Positions 55,861-63,383 of a stretch of DNA of 64,000 nucleotides are shown one piece after another. This DNA is from Acidimicrobiales bacterium. GTDB taxonomy: Bacteria; Actinomycetota; Acidimicrobiia; Acidimicrobiales; Aldehydirespiratoraceae. Each line of letters starts with the position of its first letter. The first letter of the stretch is position 1. The notes under the pieces were generated by a model that saw only the letters and a list, made by a program, of their open reading frames with translations, was not told where the DNA came from and searched no databases. Position numbers and translations under genes: made by a program. The stretch lies in contig OZ220491.1 of the NCBI GenBank assembly GCA_965116195.1, forward strand, positions 3,005,432-3,069,431, in the 5' to 3' direction.

Positions 55861-56631
55861 ATGGATCTGGGTCTGCAGAACAAACGAGCGCTTGTGTTCG
55901 GCTCCACCTCGGGTCTGGGCCGTGCCATAGCCGAAACCCTCGCCGTCGAGGGTGCGACAGTGGTGATCTCGGGTCGGCGTGCTGAAGTGGCTGACGATGT
56001 GGCGGCTTCTGTGCCCGATGGTGTGGCCGTGGTGGGCGACCTGACCGTGGAGGGGGAACCGGCTCGCATGGTGGATGAGGCGGCGGCGCGTCTCGGCGGG
56101 CTTGACATATGCGTGGTGAACACAGGTGGTGGGCAGCCGGGAGGCATGACCGAGGTCACGGTCCAACAGGAGGCCGCTGCCTACCAGACGATGTTGCGTC
56201 CGGCGCTGGCCATTTCTCGGGCGGCTATTCCATATCTGCGCTCGCGCGGTGACGGGCGCTTGGTGTATATCACGGCCCGGTCAGTGATGGAGGCTTCACC
56301 CGAACTGGCCCTGTCCGGGGTTTACCGCAGCGGCGTGGCTGCGGCGGCTCGATCCCTGGCGTTGGAGTTGGCACCCGAGGTGCTTGTCAATGTCGTGGTC
56401 CCCGGCCAGTTCGACACCCCGGCGTTGGGCCGTTATCAGGCGGCGCGAGCCGCAGCCGAGAGCATCACCCCCGAAGAGGTGCGTGCCCGCCATCAGGCAT
56501 CAATCCCCATGGGACGTTTTGGTGCGGCCTCGGAGTTGGCCGATGTGGTGACATTTCTGTGCAGCGCCAGAGCTGGTTTCGTCACCGGTTCCGTCGTGCG
56601 AGTAGATGGCGGCGCAGTCATCGGCTACTGA
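55861..56631 (+). CDS. Short-chain dehydrogenase/reductase (SDR)
   Basis: 256 aa from ATG 55861. ALVFGSTSGLGRAIA glycine-rich motif. Confidence 0.8.
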   Translation: MDLGLQNKRALVFGSTSGLGRAIAETLAVEGATVVISGRRAEVADDVAASVPDGVAVVGDLTVEGEPARMVDEAAARLGGLDICVVNTGGGQPGGMTEVTVQQEAAAYQTMLRPALAISRAAIPYLRSRGDGRLVYITARSVMEASPELALSGVYRSGVAAAARSLALELAPEVLVNVVVPGQFDTPALGRYQAARAAAESITPEEVRARHQASIPMGRFGAASELADVVTFLCSARAGFVTGSVVRVDGGAVIGY

Positions 56632-56693
56632 CATCAACGGGCTCATCTACAAGTTGCCATGCGAAACGCATTGCAATCTGGTATGTTACTGGC

Positions 56694-56945
56694 ATGACAG
56701 CACAACTTGTTACAAGAATTGATGATCAACTCGCAACACGCCTTGACGACCTGGTTGCCCGAGGTGAGGTTGAGTCTCGTTCAGATGCGGTACGCAAGGC
56801 TCTCTGGGCGCTGGTTGACCAACGAAGCCGGGCGCGGGTTGCAGCAGCAATCGTTGACGGTTACCGGCACCAACCCCAGACGGTTGAGGAGGTCGGCTGG
56901 GCTGATGAGGCGACTGTAGCCATGATCAGCGAGGAGTCGTGGTGA
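56694..56945 (+). CDS. Ribbon-helix-helix (CopG/MazE-like) antitoxin
   Basis: 83 aa. LVTRIDDQLATRLDDLVARGEVESRSDAVRKAL is an RHH pattern. Lies upstream of a MazF-like gene. Confidence 0.7.
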   Translation: MTAQLVTRIDDQLATRLDDLVARGEVESRSDAVRKALWALVDQRSRARVAAAIVDGYRHQPQTVEEVGWADEATVAMISEESW

Positions 56946-57084
56946 CACTGTCTTGTGAGTCGGGGCGGTGCCGGGCGCTTTGCCGTGGACTGATCCTGAT
57001 GCTGCTTTGATTCACCTCAGCGTCAGCCTCATTGTCGGCGACGCTGGCAAAGATGTTGCAATGATCAGCGAGGAGTCGTGGTGA
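56922..57084. repeat. 24-bp direct repeat (56922-56945 and 57061-57084) bracketing a 139-bp segment between the antitoxin and toxin genes
   Basis: atgatcagcgaggagtcgtggtga occurs twice. The first copy ends the antitoxin ORF and the second immediately precedes and overlaps the toxin start. Confidence 0.9.
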
Positions 57085-57389
57085 TGCCATCTCAGGGTGA
57101 TATCTGGTGGGCGGAAGCAATGGACAAGCGCAGGCCGGTCTTGGTTGTGACGCGCAGTGCGGCGATTCCTGTGCTGGAGTGGTTGGTGATCGCCCCCGTG
57201 ACTCGCACGGTGCGCCGCATCCCCACCGAAGTTGCCTTGGGCTCAGAAGAGGGACTGCCTGAGTCTTGTGTTGCCGCGTTCGACAATCTCCAACCCATAC
57301 GTCGGTCGTTTCTGACCGAGCGGGCCGGTTCGCTCGGGGTGCGCCACTCGGAGATCTGTCGGGCTCTGAGCGCTCTGGCAGACTGCTGA
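57084..57389 (+). CDS. mazF: MazF/PemK-family endoribonuclease toxin (alternative GTG start at 57078)
   Basis: MPSQGDIWWAEAMDKRRPVLVVT...IAPVT...P is a typical PemK/MazF N-terminus. Confidence 0.8.
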   Translation: MPSQGDIWWAEAMDKRRPVLVVTRSAAIPVLEWLVIAPVTRTVRRIPTEVALGSEEGLPESCVAAFDNLQPIRRSFLTERAGSLGVRHSEICRALSALADC

Positions 57390-57486
57390 GAGACTGGCTG
57401 CGCTGCTACCAGGACTACAGACCGGGACGATTGATTGACCGAGACGATTGATGCAGGCCGGATTATCGACGCAGGTGGGGTTTTTT

Positions 57487-57770
57487 GAAGTGAGCGGGAA
57501 CCGGGTGGAGTCAACTTGCAGCAAGCCAGACTGGCTCAGGCTTGGGTTCTTGGTGTGAACGGAACCAGGTGCAGAGGGATTGCCTCTGAAAGGAGACGAG
57601 GTTTGGTTGCTTGGTGTGAGCGGGAACCGGGTGGAGTCAACTTGTGGCAAGCGAGACTGGCTCAGGCTTGGTTTTTTGGTGTGAGCGGAACCAGGTGCAG
57701 AGGGATTGCCTCTGAAAGGAGACGAAGTTTGGTTGCTCGGTGTGAGCGGAAACAGGTGTGAGCAGGACAG
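57487..57770. repeat. ~126-bp tandem repeat x2.2, built of two ~63-bp sub-repeats (core ttggtgtgagcgggaaccgggtg)
   Basis: Cores read near 57487, 57551, 57612, 57677 and 57739. Lies directly upstream of the etf fusion gene. Confidence 0.85.
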
Positions 57771-57806
57771 TAGCCCCTTGATGGCAGGGATTTCGAGAGA
57801 GCATTT

Positions 57807-59978
57807 GTGCGTATCGCTGTCTTGGTGAAGCAGATACCCGCGCCGGTCGAGTTGCGGCTTGAGGCTGGGCGCTTGGTTCGTGACGGCGTACCGCTGGAGG
57901 TGAATGCGTATTGTCGGCGGGCCAACGCCAAGGCGGTGGAGTTGGCCGGTGCCGACGGAGAAGTGGTCGTGTTCACAATGGGCCCGCCTTCCGCCGCGGA
58001 CGCTCTGCGTGAAATGATCGCCTGTGGTGCCGATCGTGGTGTGCATCTCTGCGATCCGGTCTTTGCGGGTAGCGACACTTTGGCCACAGCCGTGGCGCTG
58101 GCGGCGGCGGTCAGGCGTGAAGGGCCTTTTGACCTGATGCTGGCGGGGTTGAACTCGCTTGACTCCGACACCGGCCAGGTACCGGCTGCCGTTGCTGAGT
58201 TTCTTGGGCTGCCCTTCGCAGCGGGGGTTCGCGAACTGGACCTGGATGACGGCTCCTTTGAGGCACGGCTGGAGACCGACGACGGTTACTGCACCATAGA
58301 GGGTGAGTTGCCGGTGGCATTGTCCACTGCGGAGCGTCTGTGCGCTCCGTCCAAGGCCCCGCCGGAGGTATACGCCGCGGTGTCGGCACACCGGATCGTC
58401 CAACTTGCCGCGACCGACCTGGACGTGCCGATCACACAACTCGGTGCTGCGGGATCTCCGACTTCGGTCGGTGCTGTGCGGATGCTCGGTTCCGCCCGTC
58501 AAGCGTTGCGGGTGTCGTCACCGGCAGAGGCTGTTGACCTGCTGGAAGAACTCGGCGCGTTCACCCAGGACGAGGTCACCCGGGACAACACCAGCAAGCA
58601 CTCCACCGGTTCGGACTCCTGGGCCGAAGCTCCGCCAAGCGCCGTGTTGTTGGGTTCCGGTGTTGATGAAGATGACCTTGGTGCTCCGGGGGTTGATCGG
58701 GCACAGGCTGTTCGGTTCGGACAAACACGAGATGGCATTGATGCCTCGGGGGTTTATGCTGCACCCACTGCTGTTGTGCGACAAGGCTCTGGTGTTGAGC
58801 ATTGTTCTGGGGTGCCGGTTGTGGGTGTTGCACCGGCTGGTGTTGAGGGGCAGGATTCTGGTGTTGGTGAAGGTGACCTTCGTGCTCCTGAGGTCGGTGC
58901 TGCGTCGGGTGTTGTGCGGCAGGGTTCGGGTGTTGAGCACAGTTCTGGGGCACCGGGGGTTGGTGCTGCGTCGGGTGTTGTGCGGCAGGGTTCGGGTGTT
59001 GACGGCGCTGTGTGGGGTGTGCGGCAGCGTTCGGTCTGGTGTTTCTTCACCGATCCTGGTGTTGGGATCGAGCTGATCTCTGAGGCGGCTGAGTTGGCAG
59101 CGTGGATCTCGGGCACGGTCACTGCTGTCACCAACATCACCGACAAGGTCGACCGGGACGGTTTGGCGGCGGCGGGTGCTGACCGGCTGCTGATCATTCC
59201 CTCGGCCACCGAGCCGTCCGAGCAGGCGGACGCTCTCAGCGCTGCTGTGGCTGCCAGCCTTCCCTGGGTGTTGCTGGTGGAGGGCACCCGCTCGGGACGG
59301 GTTGTGGCCGCAATCGTGGCGGCCCGTAACGGCTGGGGACTAACCGGCGATGCCGTGGGTCTTGAGGTCGGCCCGGATGGTCGTCTGGTGGCTTGGAAGC
59401 CCGCCTTTGGTGGGCGGCTGTTGGTGCCGATCCTGTCACGCTCGCCGGTGCAGATGGTCACGATCCGGGCTGGTGTGCTGGCCAGACGCTCGCCGCGTGA
59501 CGGTGGGCCCGACCTTGTGCCCGAAGTGCTGCCGGCACCGGTGCAGTCCCGGTTGCGCACGGTGTCTGTGGTGCGTGAGGACGACGACATGGGTGAACTG
59601 CGCCGTGCCCGTACCGTGGTGGCCGTGGGTGTCGGGGTTCAGCCGGCGGGATATCCCATGATTGACGCACTGCGAGCGGCCCTGGGCAACGCCGCGCTGG
59701 GTGCTACTCGCAGGGTCACAGATCAGGGTTGGGTGTCTCGTGGCCGTCAGATCGGTGTCACCGGCCATGCCGTGTCGCCGCGCTTGTTGGTGGCGGTGGG
59801 TTCCAGTGGCCGTTTCAACCACACGGTCGGAATCCGCAACGCCGGCACGATTCTGGCGATCAACTCCGATCCGGATGCAGAGATTTTCGACCAGGCCGAC
59901 ATCGGTCTGGTCGGCGATTGGCAACAGATTGTCCCCGAACTGACCGCCGAACTACAAAGCCGCGCCCTCAGTTACTGA
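57807..59978 (+). CDS. Electron transfer flavoprotein beta-alpha fusion (EtfB-linker-EtfA)
   Basis: 723 aa in one frame. EtfB-like N-terminus (MRIAVLVKQIPA...). The repeat linker spans nt ~58590-59022 (GVVRQGSGVEH repeats). The EtfA-like C-terminus has VAVGSSGRFNHTVGIRNAGTILAINSDPDAEIF. Confidence 0.8.
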   Translation: MRIAVLVKQIPAPVELRLEAGRLVRDGVPLEVNAYCRRANAKAVELAGADGEVVVFTMGPPSAADALREMIACGADRGVHLCDPVFAGSDTLATAVALAAAVRREGPFDLMLAGLNSLDSDTGQVPAAVAEFLGLPFAAGVRELDLDDGSFEARLETDDGYCTIEGELPVALSTAERLCAPSKAPPEVYAAVSAHRIVQLAATDLDVPITQLGAAGSPTSVGAVRMLGSARQALRVSSPAEAVDLLEELGAFTQDEVTRDNTSKHSTGSDSWAEAPPSAVLLGSGVDEDDLGAPGVDRAQAVRFGQTRDGIDASGVYAAPTAVVRQGSGVEHCSGVPVVGVAPAGVEGQDSGVGEGDLRAPEVGAASGVVRQGSGVEHSSGAPGVGAASGVVRQGSGVDGAVWGVRQRSVWCFFTDPGVGIELISEAAELAAWISGTVTAVTNITDKVDRDGLAAAGADRLLIIPSATEPSEQADALSAAVAASLPWVLLVEGTRSGRVVAAIVAARNGWGLTGDAVGLEVGPDGRLVAWKPAFGGRLLVPILSRSPVQMVTIRAGVLARRSPRDGGPDLVPEVLPAPVQSRLRTVSVVREDDDMGELRRARTVVAVGVGVQPAGYPMIDALRAALGNAALGATRRVTDQGWVSRGRQIGVTGHAVSPRLLVAVGSSGRFNHTVGIRNAGTILAINSDPDAEIFDQADIGLVGDWQQIVPELTAELQSRALSY

Positions 59979-60020
59979 AATTCCTGCCAAAAGGCGGAAT
60001 AATCCCCCTTGTTCACAGGA

Positions 60021-60086
60021 ATTACAGATGCCCCATACGACGATTACAGATGCCCGTGCGGCAATTACAGATGCCCTATGCGACGA
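60021..60086. repeat. Three tandem 21/22-bp repeats (attacagatgccc....cg.c), the last containing the ParA-like gene stop codon
   Basis: Copies at 60021, 60043 and 60064. Confidence 0.9.
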
Positions 60087-61078
60087 AGAATTTCGCGAGC
60101 GAGAGCACGAAAGTCGTCATAAGACCCTCTTGCAGCGTTGGCGTGACCGCCGATGGCTCCGTCCGCCGAGGTGAGCTTGAAGATCGGCTTGTGCGCTTCC
60201 TGGGCCAGCGGAACGAGGCTCCGGTAGTGCTTGACCGTGGCCAGGGAGTTTGTGTCAGATGCTGATGCCTCGGCGTATGGTCCTTTGCGGTCATCAAGCA
60301 GTTGCCTGGCATACTCTTCGGGGATTCGGTTAATCCACGTGTCGTAGGCTCGAACGGGTCTACCCAAGCGAAGACCGGGCTGCTGCGCGACGTAGCCGAT
60401 GGGCTTCATCTGGCCAGCGGGAAGTTCAAAGTCTGGTTTCGGCCAGTTCTGCAACCGTTTCTTCCACTCAGCGCGCCAGTTGCCCAGAGTCGGCCCGAGG
60501 TTGCGTAATCCGCGCAGCGAGAAGAGATCGGCTCCGACCGGAACCACCACGTAGTCCGTAGCAATCAACGCAGAGCGGTTGAGGGCACCGAGGTTGGGCC
60601 CCACATCCGCAAGGATGATGGTCGCGCCCATCTGCCGGGCACCGTCCTGCATGATTGACGAGAAAGCCGTCAGCAGTCTGAAAGGCCGGTAAAGATCGGT
60701 TGATCCCAAGGCGTTCGGCCACTCAGAGGACAGCCTGTCCTCAAAACTCGCAAGTGCAAGGTCACCAGGGACCAACTGCAACTCATCGCTCATCTCCTGC
60801 AGGGTTGGTGAAGTCAAGTCTCCAACCTGCATGAGTGGCTTGACGCACTCAAAGATGGTGCGCGACGAAGGCGAGGTTGCTCCGCTGCTGGCACCCTCAT
60901 ACAGAGTCTCCAGTTGATCCTCGTCCAGGAACATGGCTGTCAGATTGGATTGCGGGTCCAGGTCGCAGGCGAGCACACGGTGATCCAACTCCGAGAGCAT
61001 CCAGGCAAGATGATAGACAAGAGAAGTCTTGCCCACGCCTCCCTTGTTGTTGAAGAAAGTGACTACGGGTACTGTCAT
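60065..61078 (-). CDS. ParA/MinD-superfamily ATPase with a ~100-aa C-terminal extension
   Basis: 337 aa. Deviant Walker A FNNKGGVGKTS, then ACDLDPQSN. GGAGG lies upstream of the ATG. Starts 20 nt after the upstream gene. Confidence 0.8.
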   Translation of the reverse strand: MTVPVVTFFNNKGGVGKTSLVYHLAWMLSELDHRVLACDLDPQSNLTAMFLDEDQLETLYEGASSGATSPSSRTIFECVKPLMQVGDLTSPTLQEMSDELQLVPGDLALASFEDRLSSEWPNALGSTDLYRPFRLLTAFSSIMQDGARQMGATIILADVGPNLGALNRSALIATDYVVVPVGADLFSLRGLRNLGPTLGNWRAEWKKRLQNWPKPDFELPAGQMKPIGYVAQQPGLRLGRPVRAYDTWINRIPEEYARQLLDDRKGPYAEASASDTNSLATVKHYRSLVPLAQEAHKPIFKLTSADGAIGGHANAARGSYDDFRALAREILRRIGHL

Positions 61079-61097
61079 AGTGATCTACCTCCGAGAC

Positions 61098-62396
61098 CTA
61101 CCGGCGGGTCATCCGCCAACGTTTCAGGGTGCTGGTGAGTTTGCTTATCTTCCGGCGTGCGTCGAGATTTCGACCCGACCCATGCATCGTCACAAGTATG
61201 TGATTCTGTGTGGCTTTGAAAGTAGCTTCACGATGTCCCGCCTCTCGCAGGAGCCTCTGTGCCGTGCGAATACCAACGCCGAAGCGCTGGACGAAGCCAA
61301 GTGTGCGCAACGCTTCCGCCAGGTTGGGATTGCGATAGTCCACCACTTTTGAGGTTTCGAGATTGTCGACAGTTACTTGTCCGAATGGGCCACCAGGGCT
61401 CATTACTTCAATTCGGTCAGAGTACCAGTACACATGCACGGGCGCGTTGGTGGCTTCATAGGTGCGATGCATCACCGCGTTGCGTGTTATCTGTACCAAG
61501 GCGTCAAAAGGATAGAGACTTGTTCGTTGTTCTGTTGATCTAAAAAGAAAGTCGATAGCTGTGTGATTATGAGCCTTCAGTTTCTCGTCGAGTCTGCGTA
61601 ATATGTCTGCAATCCTGCCGTCTATTTTCTCGTTGTCGGTTATCTTGGTGGAATCCAGTTCCTTGCTGTCAATGCGCAGGAACTGAATATAGGCACCAGG
61701 TAGGAAGTCTTGGGGATTATTGCCAAGCACCAGCAGTCCCAACACGGTGGGCTTAGGGTCATCGTCATCGACTGAAGCGATCATTTTCATTGCTGCCAAT
61801 CGTCCTTCGAGGCTACGCTCGTTGGCTTCGAGCACTTCTCGCGGTACAGCCTGAGGGAGGTACTCGCTTTCAAAGTAACGCTGGTCAAGGTCATTGAGTG
61901 TTGCTGACAAGACCGGTTGTACATCGTAGGGAGCGTCTCGCCGACGGCGCTTCTCGTTGAGGATTCGTTCGTCTTGGGCGGTCGCACGGTCCCGGCGAGG
62001 GCCAGTTCGTATGTGGATCTCACCTCGATAACTGACTGGTGTTGAGTCAGATGGAAGCGTTGTAATGACGGCCACATCCTTATTTTGACCCTCATGAGGA
62101 ACCGAGATCTTTCGTACTGTGATAGATGGCGGAGGCACGATGTTTCCGTCGGTACGCATGTCCGCCAGCTGGCGAAGCAACTTGTCGGATGCCTCGAGTC
62201 CAGTAGGTACTCCGTTGTCACGAACACCAACAAAGACGACGCCGACTGCCTTGTGGTCGGGTAGGTCGTTCGCGAAAGCGCAGATCGCCTCACGGATTTT
62301 CTTGGATGCGTCACCTGAGAGCGATTCCTTGAATTCGACTCGGTCGCTCTCACCTTGTGCCAGGAGTTCAAGCAGTTCAACATCGCTTAGTGTCAT
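61098..62396 (-). CDS. AlbA_2 (Schlafen-like) DNA-binding domain + HATPase_c_4-type ATPase-like protein (COG2865-like)
   Basis: The N-terminus LLELLAQGESDRVEFKESL...IREAICAFAN...G.VFVGV is the AlbA_2 signature. The C-terminal half has NAVMHRTY...V.V......IEV.SPGG. ATG 62396 follows GGAGG. AT-richer DNA. Confidence 0.7.
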   Translation of the reverse strand: MTLSDVELLELLAQGESDRVEFKESLSGDASKKIREAICAFANDLPDHKAVGVVFVGVRDNGVPTGLEASDKLLRQLADMRTDGNIVPPPSITVRKISVPHEGQNKDVAVITTLPSDSTPVSYRGEIHIRTGPRRDRATAQDERILNEKRRRRDAPYDVQPVLSATLNDLDQRYFESEYLPQAVPREVLEANERSLEGRLAAMKMIASVDDDDPKPTVLGLLVLGNNPQDFLPGAYIQFLRIDSKELDSTKITDNEKIDGRIADILRRLDEKLKAHNHTAIDFLFRSTEQRTSLYPFDALVQITRNAVMHRTYEATNAPVHVYWYSDRIEVMSPGGPFGQVTVDNLETSKVVDYRNPNLAEALRTLGFVQRFGVGIRTAQRLLREAGHREATFKATQNHILVTMHGSGRNLDARRKISKLTSTLKRWRMTRR

Positions 62397-62626
62397 CTTC
62401 ACCTCCAGAATTTACCACCAGATAGGGATGCTCACCGCACATGACTCTCGACAACTCCGTGTTGGGAATGTCGCCACAGTCGCTCTCACCTTGTGCCAGG
62501 AGTTCAAGCAGTTCAACATCGCTTAGTGTCATCTTCACCTCCAGAATTTACCACCAGATAGGGATGCTCACCGCACATGACTCTCGACAACTCCGTGTTG
62601 GGAATGTCGCCACAGTCGCTCTCACT
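62343..62626. repeat. 136-bp tandem duplication (2 full copies plus ~12 bp) covering the first 54 coding nt, the RBS and the upstream leader of the AlbA_2-like gene
   Basis: Unit starts at 62343, 62479 and 62615. The two full copies look identical on reading. Confidence 0.9.
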
Positions 62627-62883
62627 TGACGGCTATGCTACCACAACACAACGAACTATACCAGCGAGAACAAGGTGGGGAGCCTGTGCTCGAAACGTGG
62701 GTGGCGAGTGCGGCCTACCTGGTGGGCGGCTCTGGAGGGAGCGGTGTGATCAGGTTTGTGGCCCCGAACTCGCGGGTAAGTCCAGTCTTCATCAGTCAGC
62801 TCGTCGTCTTGGCATGGTTGCATCCTCGAACTCGCGAGCGAGGCAACACGGTAGCCGACCCATTGCTGGTGGCAGATTCTTGA

Positions 62884-63153
62884 TTGCGTCCGCGGATACG
62901 TGGGGCGAGGCGTTCCACCCCCCTCGCCGACGCGGGGGCGACCAATAGCGTCCCCGGCTCGTGGCGCGAGGCGGGTGCTGAGGGCAAGGTGGCGGTGGAC
63001 AAAGGCAACATCCCCGGATTCGCGGACGAGACATGATCACAGTGGTCAAACCCCCGTATTCCAGGCAACATCCCCGGACTCGCAGGCGAGGCGGGTGGCA
63101 ATGGACAGGGTGAGATGGTGGCAAGTTGCGTCCCCGGACTTGCGGGCGAGGCG
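62884..63153. repeat. Five degenerate ~27-nt repeats (gcgtccccggacttgcgggcgaggcg) at 58-62-bp spacing
   Basis: Copies near 62886, 62948, 63006, 63066 and 63127, with 4-6 differences between copies. Confidence 0.75.
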
Positions 63154-63200
63154 ATTGAACCGGTCAACATGAGTTGAGCCGGTCAACCGGAGGTCTCTTG

Positions 63201-63344
63201 GAATTTGTTTTGTACATTTGGTTTTGCGTGAACTCAACAAAATCCTGCTCACTGGGTTGGGGGTGGTGGTCCGCCTACCCTTGCTCCCCTGGAGTTGGAG
63301 CGAATTTGTTTTGTACATTTGGTTTTGCGTGAACTCAACAAAAT
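63201..63344. repeat. 43-bp AT-rich direct repeat (63201-63243, 63302-63344) upstream of the Fic gene
   Basis: gaatttgttttgtacatttggttttgcgtgaactcaacaaaat occurs twice at 101-bp spacing. It contains a TGTACA palindrome and inverted ends aatttgtt/aacaaaat. Confidence 0.9.
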
Positions 63345-63383
63345 ACTGGCCGTTCATTACGGTACTTGAGTATCCTTCAGCGT

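Noticed and set aside
57243-58502. Long antisense or overlapping ORFs. Examples: 57243-58502, 58754-59590, 54467-55267, 22714-23499, 9278-9748, 9364-9918, 313-879, 19684-20400, 12930-13685, 15579-16253, 39106-39810 and 40177-40857.
   Set aside because: These are typical high-GC shadow ORFs. Their composition is Arg/Pro/Gly/Ser-rich and they have no motifs. Each overlaps a motif-supported gene on another frame or strand.
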